A stretch of DNA of 64,000 bases from an uncultured Thermococci archaeon (lineage in GTDB: Archaea; Methanobacteriota_B; Thermococci; Thermococcales; Thermococcaceae): assembly GCA_964487115.1 (NCBI GenBank), contig CAZAPD010000090.1:7994-71993 (forward strand), in the 5' to 3' direction. This document shows, piece after piece, positions 9,876 through 21,800 of this stretch. The position numbers were made by a program, and so were the translations under genes. The notes beneath the pieces were generated by a model that saw nothing but the letters and a program-made list of their open reading frames with translations, ran no database searches and had not been told where the DNA came from. Position 1 is the first letter of the stretch. Each line of letters opens with the position of its first letter.

Positions 9876-12800
9876 AATATGACTAAAAGTCTCAATTCAA
9901 GCAAAAAGGAAGCCCCGACACTAAGATTAGATGAGGCTAATAATCCAGATGTAGCTGTAACATCGCTTTCATATTCCTATGTAAATGGTAGTCAGATGAT
10001 TGTCTCTGCAAGTGTTGTAAATTACGGAAACACGTCAGAGCCATTTAACACAACGTTTATTGCAATAGAGCCTCAAGAGTTACCTGAACCAAGTGAGGTA
10101 CCGTTTACCTGGATAGATATAAGCCAAATAGTCCAAAATGCCGTTCAGGTTTATAGTGGGGAGTATGTTTCAAACTGGAGTGCTGTACTACATGGGGATG
10201 ATAGTTATTTCATATACAAGCTACCATTTGTTCTCAATTACTTTGGAAGAAAAATAGTAAATATTTCAGTGAGCACAAATGGATATATCGAGCTTTTGGG
10301 CAAATGGGAACAACCAAGGTTCAGATCATCGATAGGTATCTATCCCGATTTAGAAGACTATCACGAAGATGTCATATTGGCGTTGGATGGAGATTTGGAA
10401 ACAGATGACGGCTATCTTGCAGTTGTGGGTTTTGCTGACAAAGTCGTCATAGAGTGGTTTGGTTCAACATTTCAGGATTATAATTCCGCTGATTATCCGA
10501 TAAATGTTCAGGTCATCATCTTCAGGAATGGTACAATTAGATGGAGCTACAAATTCCTTAGGTATTCAAGTGAAGAGTATAACATGTTTGCAGGATATTT
10601 CTCAAAAGTCTCTCTTGAGGATAGGGTAATATCCCAAGGAGAAAGAAAAAGCTTTGAGGTGCAACTTCCAGAGGTTACACCATTGACTATCAAATCCCAG
10701 ACTCCGGGGCTCTTAAATGAAGAGGAGACCACCACTACTATTATGCTTCCAATCAGGGATTTCTATGTGGAAGCTATTGCCGATAATGAAGAAGAGCTTA
10801 ATGATTACTACAGATTCAACAACATTGGAGAATTGTGGATATGGCCTGGCGACTACTGGATAGAGAATGCGACTATCGGAAATCTCACGGTGGGGGAATA
10901 TGTGGAGATTAATTTTACAGTAAAGAGCACATCACACCATCCAGAAACAACAATGATAAAGTTGTTGATGAACAATGAAAGCGTTAGAACTCTTTATGTA
11001 AATAGCTTAGATTTCATAAACGGAACAGCAAGAAAAAGCTTTTCTTGGAGAGTTCAAGGGGGAAAATACAGCCTGATGCTCGAACTTCAAAATCAGGGCG
11101 ATATTAACACAGAGAATAACTTGTTCTTATTAGGAAATTATTCTCTGCCCCAACCTAATTTTAAAGTCTTAAACTATTCAATTTCTATTCCAAACTGCGT
11201 TGGAGATTTAGCGGTTATAACGGCAAACGTGACAAATGATGGAGATGCCAACTGGAGTGATGTTGAAGTTAAATTTGTAGTTGGATACTCAAGTTCAGGG
11301 CAACTACCTATATCCAGAATTTCCTACATATCCCTGCCAGCAGGTGATACTAAGGAGGTATCAGCTTCGTTCTCTTTACAACCGGGTAATATAAGTTGGA
11401 TATACGTCCAAATAGATCCCTACGACAGAGTTATTGAGAGGAATGAAAATGACAACATTCTAAATGAAACATATATGGCAGAAATTTATTATCCAGACTT
11501 TACCGTTGAGTCAATATACACTCCCACAAAACCAAACACCGGAAACAGTTATACTATTAACATTACCATAGACAATCTGGGTCAGTGCTACAATGGAGGT
11601 ATTTATACATACCTCTATGAAAACGGTTCCCGTGTTGGATACAAATATGTTACAGGGATTCTTACCAATCCCAAAAATATTAGTATAGGCTGGACACCGA
11701 GAGAACCGGGTTTAAGGAATTTGACAGTTGTAATTGATCCATATAACTCAATTCCTGAAAAAAACGAAGCAAACAATGCCCTTTCAAAAATGGTATTTGT
11801 TGGAGGCCCAGATTTAATCATAACCAATGTAACCCTGCTCAGCTTTGATGGAATGGCAGGCAGTACAGCCACATTTAACGTTACCATAAAGAACACTGGA
11901 GAAGCCTTTACAGATCCATTCTATGTTGTAGCTAAGAGCTCTCTGGGCTCGGATTATGAATATATAAGAGGTATGAACAAGAATGAGGAGAAATGGATTA
12001 TTCTACAGCCCATTATTAACGGTGGTTCTTACAACCTGACGTTTATAGTAGATTACACGCATAATATTCCAGAGACCTATGAGAGCAATAACATGGCTTT
12101 GTATCCTATAAATGTCCCACGTCCGAATTTTATCATTGAAAGAGTGGAGATTCCTGATAACACTGTTGGAAACGTGCCAATCAACATTACAATCAAAAAC
12201 ATTGGTGCTCCTTATAATGCTACCAGAACTAACGTGATTGTGAAAATACAAGCTTCTGGTTACTCGAGCCTATACTTCGGAGGCATAATTGGGAGCAATG
12301 AAAGTGTCTGGAAAACAGGAGAGGTCGATATCAATCCTCCTGGTGGAACTATCAATGTTACAGTAAATCCATCCAAATTCATAAACGAGACTCACTTCTC
12401 AGACAATTCATATGTCTTGGATCATACAACAGGATACCCGGATTTGACTGTAAAAATCTCCGTTCCAAATGACGTGTCTGCAGGTGAAAGAATTCCAGTA
12501 AATGTAACTGTCAAAAATATCGGAAATGCAACACTAAGAATCTCCAAATATTCCTATTGGTATTATTATCTGCCATTATCGGTGAAGATAGTGTATGAGA
12601 ATGGTGAAACATACACCAGCAGATATGAATTAGCCCCGGCTACATTGGATCCAAATACAAGTATTATGCGCATATCATATTTCACCCTCAATGGCGGTCT
12701 TAACATCCTGAATGCTACTGTTGATGAGAATAATAGGTGGAAAGAATCCAATGAAAGCAATAATTATGCCACAGTTTCATTAAATGTCGCCATGCCAGAT

Positions 12801-15800
12801 TTTGTTGTCTCTAATTATTCTATCCAGGAGAGCCTGCTAAATGGTAGCGCCTATCTCTATAAGACTTATAGTTTGCCAGTTAATGTGACAAATAATGGGG
12901 CAAACTTTAGTTCTTACGTATATGTTCAGCTTTTAGATAACGGTAAATACTCTTCAAGCAGGAGTGTTGGACCGCTGAATCATGGAGAAACAAAAGAAGC
13001 GTTCCTATACTATATCCCTGCTCCCGGCCAGCATCTAATTACGCTCCTCGTAGACCCAGGCAACAACTGGATAGAATCCAACGAAACGAACAACAACAGA
13101 ATTGTAGCGAATTTATCGTTTGGATATCCAGAGTTAGTTCCTCTTGGAGTTACATGGACACCCTATAACTTTACATCCGGAGACAGTGTAACTTTTAAAA
13201 CATATATCAAAAACACCGGGCAAGCGTTCTATAGAAGCTTTTCAGTGCGCTTTGAGGTGTGGAATGAGACTTCAAGACTGACATATGGATATGGCACTCC
13301 TAATCCGTACAGTTGGTACTTCAAGGAAAATGAAACGAAAGAATTTGACTGGAGATGGTATAATGCAAAACCCGGCAATTTAACTCTTAAAATATTCGTG
13401 GATTACTATAATGCTATACCAGAATCGAATGAGAGCAACAACGAATATGAAGCTTATCTTGGGTCAATAGGAACCCCAGATTTTGAATTGAGCAATTTGA
13501 CTGTTGAAAATCTGGAGTATGGCAGGTATGCCAGAATAAATGTTAATCTAAGGAATCTTGGAGAGGCTATCTATAAAAACTTCCCAATAATGTTTAACAT
13601 AAGCAACACCATACGATATGTGTGGATTTATGGCATGAATTCCAATGAATCAAAACTAATAGGCACAAAATGGTATGTTGATAAAGTCGGCAACATTACT
13701 ATTCAAGTAAGAGCTGATCCAAATAACGCCATAATCGAATCTGATGAAGATAACAATGAAGTTTCAGGCAGTTATTATATTGAGGCACCAGATTTGGTCA
13801 TATCCTCCTACAAGTGGATTGAAGATGACCTGAGCAGAGGATATCTGACCTTCAATATTAATGTTACGAATAATGGAGGAAACTGTTACAGAGGATTCTA
13901 CGTTGGAATGTATATCGATGGTGAGCACAAAGCGGATGCATGGATACCCTCACTCATGAAAGGGGAAACCAAAGAAGTTACAGTAAAATGGCACTTTAAT
14001 GTAGGCGGCACTCACAATGTAACTCTAAGAGCGGATACATACGACACCATAGAAGAGAGCGATGAAAATAACAATGAAGTCAATACACAGGTTACAATTG
14101 CGCTCCCTGACCTCACAATTGAGAGCATAAGTCTGCCCGAAAATATGAATGCAAATGCATATTACCCAATTAACATCACGATTAGAAATGATGGGCTTAG
14201 GGATGTTGATGAATACTTTACTGTAGCGGTATTCGATGGGGATAGATTAATAGGAAGCAAAGGGTATAACACACTTAAAGCCGGCCAAAGCACAGCAATA
14301 CAACTTCAGATAAGACCGTATCCCGGAAACAGGACTATCAAAGCTATAGTTGATTATTACAACCACGTCTATGAAGTGAATGAGAGCAATAATGAAGCAG
14401 AGGCAAAAACCTACGTCAGTGCTCCAAATCTCAAAATTTTGTCTGTCTATGTCGGAAATTACACTTTTGCAGGCGATGAGGCAGTATTAACGGCGACCCT
14501 TGAAAACACGGGAGATGCAGAAGCAAAGAACTTCTACATTGGATTTAAGGCTGGGGATGTATATATAGGGGCTGCTCGTGTGGAAAGCTTAGCTCCAAAC
14601 AGCATCAAAAACGTTTCAATAACCTGGAAAATACAGGGGGGAGAGTATCCAATATACGCAATTGCAGACTATGGAAACTATCTGCGTGAATGGAATGAAA
14701 GTGACAACACAGCCAGCACTCCTGTTAAGGTTCCCACTCCAGATTTAACTGTAAGCAATTTAACATGGAGAGGGGAAAAACAGGTAGGGGCATTTATCAA
14801 CTTTTCGGCTGTAATTTCAAACATAGGAAACCCCACGAAGCAAGAATTCTATGTTTCACTGTATGTAGGAAACGAAGCTGTAGACCATGTGAAAGTCAAC
14901 GGACTTGAGGCTGGAGCAAGCATGGAGATAGATTTCCATCCATGGAAGGCAAAATATGGAAACCTAACAGTGGAAGTTAAAGTTGATACTTGGAACTTCG
15001 TTACAGAATCTAATGAGAACAACAATGTGGTTTTAAGCACCATAAACATTAAGGATATCTCAGCTCCTACAATAATGCAGATGTTTCCGGCAAATGGTAG
15101 TATAACGAACAGGAATATAACCGGAGTTTATCTTGTAGATGACGGAGCCGGAGTGGACTACTCTCTGAGCAAAATAGATATTATCAAAAATGGCACTCAA
15201 ATACCTGGGCATAGTGAATTTAGTGGAGGCTGGCTGGTCTTTATACCTGATTCGAAGCTTGGAGATGGTGAATATACAGTAAGAATAAAAGCAGTTGATA
15301 AAGCAGGCAATTCGGCAAACTATACTTACACATACACTCTTGACACAACACCACCAAGAATAAAAATCGAAGGAGTTTCAAATGGAGCAACATATAACTC
15401 CACCATATTCCCCCAAGTAACAGTGATGGACATCCATTTGAAAGAGTATAGCACACTCCTTAATGGGAAACCCTATAACGGTGAGCCTATAAAATTCGAT
15501 GGAAGCTACGTCCTCGAAGTTACCGCCTCTGACGAAGCTGGAAACAGTGCTCATGAAAAGATAACGTTTACCCTCAATGGGATACCTCTACCACCCTCAT
15601 CCCTCACTGTCAAATCTGAAGAAGGCTATGCTATCTTAACATGGAAACCAAGCCCAAGTAAAGATGTTTTGGGGTATTTTGTATATGTTAACGGAGTTAA
15701 GGTAACCCCTGAACCAATAGAAAGGTTAAACTTTACCCTTCCATATCAGGAGGCTGTTTATGAAGTCTCAGCAGTTGATTTTGCAGGACATGAGAGTGAG

Positions 15801-18800
15801 AAGGTACTGGCAGAACCAATAATTGTTTCACTGGTCTCTCCTCAGAATCCCCTACTGGCAGAGAACTATCCCGCAAATCTCACATTCCACCTGAAAAATA
15901 TGAACGGAGCAATAAATGTAAGTGTAGATATACAGCTTATAGACAGCCTTGGAAATGTAATTAAAGATATAGACTATGGTCGTCTCCAATTTGCTCCAAA
16001 TGAGACCAAACAACTTGTCTTAACGTTTATAACCCCTGAGGACCTAAGGGCAGTGCAGGTTATAGTTTCAAACGGTGGTAAAAGCTATACAACATTCCCA
16101 GTAAAGACCTATCGGACATCTCTCCCAAACATAACCATCTCAAGCATACTTTCGAACTTCCCAGAAGTTATACCGGTAAATATAACAAACTTTGGTTCGG
16201 CTGAATTAACCGTCAGCGGTAGTGCTTCACTTGGAAGGATAACAGGTGAAACCAATTACATAAGGCTAAAACCCGGTGAAAATGGGACGTTATATATATA
16301 CCTAACACCCAAGGATATTGGAGAAGAAATACTCACACTCAATCTGACTTACAGAACCTTTGGAGATGCTAAAACATTCAAGATAACAAAAACAATAAAC
16401 GTCACCAGCCCAATTTTGAATCCAATAACCCTAAGTCATGAACAGATTGTCAAAGGCAAAATCGCTACAGTGTTTGCAATATTCAAAAATTTGGGCTCCG
16501 CTCCACTCACAGTAAACAAGGCTATTATCAGATTAGTAGATGGCAACTCGACAATAGTAGAGAAAACAGTGTATAAAACAGCAAGGTTATACAGTGAAGG
16601 TACTATCTCTTTCTACACAACTTTTGTAGTTCCAGCCAATGCTCCAGATTATGCGACATTAGAGGTTACAGTCTATGGTATGGATGGTTACAAATTAAAC
16701 TACTCAAAACGTGAAGAGGTGCAACTCCTTAAGCCTCCTTACAATGCTAACGTCACTATTGGCAAGGAGATTTACAGTCCCGGCGAAACCATACACGTAA
16801 CCGGCTATGCATTTAATGAAAGTGGATTCCTGCCAAATGTAACAGTAAAGCTCAGCTTTGCAAGAGATGATTTTGTCAGAACATTCCTTGTAAAAACGGA
16901 CTCATATGGAAGGTTTACATTTAACTTTACTCCGTATGCAACAGAAGGGGGAACATTTGTTATTAGCGCCACCCATCCAAAAGTTATTTCCCTTGAGCAT
17001 GACGCTCAGTTCAAGGTATTAGGTATCGTTCCATTGGTTAGACATTATACTCTGCAGGTACCAATAAAATTCAGATATAAACTCCAGATTCCACTGAGAA
17101 ACGTAGGTGACGAACCTCTGAATATTACGGTAACTTCAAATTCTTCAATATTCCATGTCGATATTCTTAAAAATATTACACTAATGCCCGGAGAAATAAA
17201 GAGAATCAGCGTCGTTATTTCATCAAATCAATCCAAGAACGAGACATTTAGTTTAACATTCAGAAGCAGGTATAACAATGAAAGTGTTCAGATAAACATC
17301 ATAACACTTCCAGAAAAACCTATCCTAAGAGCTTCACCGAAGGTAATTGATGTAGGAGTAAAGCCCGGAGAAGTCCTCACAAAAAGTGTGGAAGTGGAGA
17401 ATCTTGGATTTGCCCCAGCAGGGAATGTAACGATAATTCTTCCCAATTGGAGCTTTGTCACTCTTGCAAGCAACTTTACAACAATTGAAGCTGGAGAAAA
17501 AGAGGCTTTCACTATCTTTATAGCTCCAACGGAAAATAATACCGGTAAATTCACCGGATATGTGAAACTCTCAGCAAAAGACGCTGAGGTCAAGATACCC
17601 ATCAGAGTCATAGTTACCCCTAACCAGACAGGAAATGTGAGATTTATCTTGGTGGATCCTGAAGGAAACCCAATACCCAACGGTAAAATCACAATATCAA
17701 ACGAATATTATACAGAAACCAAAGTTGCAGATAAAAATGGAACAGTTTTATTCAGCAACGTTCCGGTAGGCCTTTACAAGTACTATGCGTTTGGAGAAGA
17801 AATCGTTCCAAAGGATGGCAATATTATAATAGATGCCGGAATTGAGAAGAATGTAACAGTGATTTTACTTAAATCTCCGTTAAAAGTGGAGTTTGAAGTA
17901 TATCCAGTAACAGTAGATGATGTCTATACCATAGTACATGAGATAGAATATGAGACGTACCTTACGATACCCTACCTCAAAGTTGATTATGGACAGGGAT
18001 ACATAATAGTCAACTCCTCATATCTAAAAGAACATGGTGTGGTAGAATTCAGGGGATACGTTACTATACAAAACACCAACCCCTATCTCTCAGTAGTTAA
18101 CGTAACGTTCAGACCAATAATAGTTGACCACTACACCGAAATAGTCTTTGCAGTGGATAGAATAGATGAGATAAAACCTGGGGAAAATGTAACCGTACCG
18201 TATGTCATAAGGGTGTATCAACACAGATCACCAGATATTGATCCATGTAAGCCTCAGAGGATAGTTATCAGCCTCCCATCATTGGCTTACTGTGAGGATG
18301 GCAAATGGCATGTGCCCCCTGCAGATGAAATTTCCTTTACAATAAAACTCGCATGTGTGGACTGTTTCTGGTCTATAACAGCTGTTATAAAAGATGTTGC
18401 AGTCGCTCTCAGTGGCCCATTAGGAGACGTTATCCAAGGAGGAGTCAAAATTGGGAAAGCAGGAATAATGATAGTGCGCACTTCCAAAGTTGTAGGAGAC
18501 GTTGCGGATAAAATCCTCAACATTCAGGGGCAGATAGATTTCGGAGCAAAGTGTTATGCAGCCGCCACAAGCGGTTGTCAGGAGGATGCAAGTAGCTGTA
18601 TTCAGAAAGTTGTTGATACTATAATCGGATTTATCCCAGTGGTGAATGATATTTGGGGTATCTACAACGATATAAAAGGTGCTATTGAAAACTGTGGAAA
18701 CTGTTTATTCAAAGATAGCTGTGTCAAAAAATGTACTCCAATACAGGTCCCTCCAATAAATTCAATTCCAATATACATTGGAATAAGCGGCGGCGGGGAT

Positions 18801-21800
18801 GTTGGAGGCATTGGCGGAGGAGGCGGAGATGGTATCAGTTATGAAGTCCAAGAATGTGAAAAAACAGAGGGTATAGCTCCAACACCCCAGAGTTCATCCA
18901 CCCGTATCAGTAAAGGAAGTATCCCAGATGTTAATGGAAAGAGCTGTGCATTTTTAAGAAATGTACCCGGAGAAGAGATATTACCAGCACAAACTGTTAA
19001 TCCCAATGAAGATCATAAAAACATGGTCTGCACTCGGATAAAACTTGAAATAAGACAGAGATTGACAATGGAGAGACAGGGTTTCAGAGCAGATTTGAAA
19101 TTCACCAACCTAGCAGGATACACAATAAGAAATCTAACGGTATACATTAAGTTCTTCGACGAAAACGGCACAGTTGCAGATGATAAATTCTTTGTCAGAG
19201 TGCTAACATTAGAGGGAATAAATTCCTTAAATGGTTCGTCTTTAGTTCCCAATGGAACAGGAATAGTCAATTGGCTGATAATACCAAAACCAGGAGCAGC
19301 TGGAGCATTGAGCACGCACTACACAGTCAAAGCATACATATTTGGAAAAGTCGGTAACACCACCTTGGAATACGAGAGCTGGCCTGAAGAGATAACTGTT
19401 GAACCTATGCCTATCCTACAGTTGGATTACATGCTCCCGAGATACGTGTATGGTGACAATCCAAAAACGCCAGAGGTAGAACCCCCAATACCCTTTGTCT
19501 TTGGAGTCAGAGTGAAGAACATAGGATACGGAGATGCCAAAAATCTGAGAATAGAGTCTGCTCAACCAAAGATAATAAGCAGTAACGTCCCAGCATATAT
19601 ATCATTCCGCATAATTGGAACATATATTAACGGAATTAAAGCGGCCAACAGTCTAACAGTTGACTTTGGAGATATACCTGCAGGGGAGAGCGCAACCGCA
19701 GCATGGATAATGACCGCTCAAGTAAGTGGGGAATTCGTGAGCTACAACGCTACATTTATCCATGAGGACCTATTGGGTGGAAACGAAACATCTCTAATAA
19801 GAACCCTAAGAACTCACACCCTATTCAAAGCTTTCAATGACACCATAAGAAATGATGGGATGATGGACTTTTTGGTTGATGATAATAGAGATCTGATTCC
19901 CGAGAGGATAATAGACTCCACTGGAGCAGATTTCGAGGTACTCCATGTAAATGCCACGATGAGAACAGAGTCAGACATGAAGATAATCGTACCAACAGCC
20001 ATATTTATAGACAAATGGACATACATAGGACTCAAATTCAATCCCGGGACTACGTTCAGGATTGTGCGCTCAGATGGCAGTATGCCCGTTTCATACTGGT
20101 ATGATGGTAAAACACTCCATATTTTAGATTATGGGACTCCAGAATTTTACTATATTAAGAGCAATAGAAAACCAGTGGCTCAAGCGACAATAACCTCACC
20201 GACAATTGCCAATAGGAGCGTAACTTTCGACGCTTCCTTAAGTTATGATCCGGATGGAAAAATAACGGATTATGCATGGAAAATAGGTAATCTAACCTTC
20301 CATCGGAAAGTATTGAACTACACCTTCACCAAACCGGGAATTTATAATGTCACACTTACCGTTAGAGATGATGGTGGTCTCTCAGCAACTAAATCCTTTA
20401 TTGTTACAGTTTATCTCGGGCCAAGATTTACTGAGAACTTCAGTGTGTCACCAAAATTGGGAGTTGTACCATTCAACATAACCGCAGTGTTAAATGTAAC
20501 AAATAGTGGGGATGCTGAAGGCATATACTCAGCAGCATTTTCAGTTGATGGAAAGCTCTTAAACATTTCCCAGGTAAGCATACAGCCAGATACAACGTAT
20601 TCCTTCGAATTCCGTGCGAAAATTTCAGAAATCGGTTATCACAATGTGACCATTAATAACTTCACTCAAGTCGTGGAAGCATACAAGAACGTTAGTATAT
20701 CTCAAATTAACAGGCAGAATTATTCAAAATACTTTGGATATTACAATTCGCTTCAATGGGATGAATTTAAGAAAGATTTTGAAAACTGGAGTGCCAACAT
20801 TCTTTCAAATATCACACTGCCTGTGGAGGAATTTGACAGGGTCATCTACATGAAAACAGGAAACTGGAGTATTGCAGAATATATTGAGAATCTTAACAAG
20901 ACTGAAGAGTCAGGATGGATTAAAGCTGTTTATACAAGAAATGTTACTTTAATTGGAATTACCAAGTGGAATTATACAGAGCTCCACCTAACACAAGTTG
21001 CAGAACTCTATGGAAACGCCACACACAAACTTGATGTAACAGCTCCTTCACTAACGGTGAGTCCAAGTAGCGGAATCTATCAATATATCCCAGAATTCAA
21101 TGTCACAGTCTGCGATGAAAGTAATGTCACCGTATGGGGCATTAGTATTACCAAAGGGACAAAAACGGCATTCACTTTGATTTCCATCAACAACACATGT
21201 TCCCTATGGAGAGGAATCTTACCACTGGATATTGCCAATAATACGGTAACAATAATAGCCGAAGACGAATTTGGAAACAGGGCTAATGAGACCCTGTGGA
21301 TATACATTAATCCAACAACACCAATAATCTACATTGAAAGTCCCAAATCCACAGTTTACAACAAAAAAACGCTTTGGTTCAATTATACAGTTATAGATAC
21401 CGATTTAATTGGTGTGAGAGCCTATTTAGATGGAACTCTAACAAGTACCTCAGTCAATGTCTCCAAACAACTAACAATGGACTACGGATACCATAACTTT
21501 ACAGTTACTGCATGGGATGTCTCATATAATGTTAGTAGAACCGTAATCTTCAGGATAAACAAACCCCCTATAGCCAACTTCACATGGACAGCAAACCATC
21601 TGAGGGTTAATTTCACGAGCACAAGTACAGATGAAGACGGCATAATACGTTATCTATGGGATTTCGGTGATGGTTCAAGTTCAAATGAAACAAACCCAAC
21701 CCATGTATATCCAAGGGGCGGCAGGTATAATGTAACACTAACAGTATGGGATGCCTACAGTGCCACTTCCACGATAACCAGAGCTATCCAAGTATTTGCA

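Noticed and set aside
10848-15056. Regular ~330-nt periodicity considered as a possible CRISPR or other DNA-level repeat array
   Set aside because: The period is far too long, there are no short identical direct repeats, and the periodicity is at the protein-domain level (CARDB units) inside one ORF. No CRISPR-like array was seen anywhere in the window.
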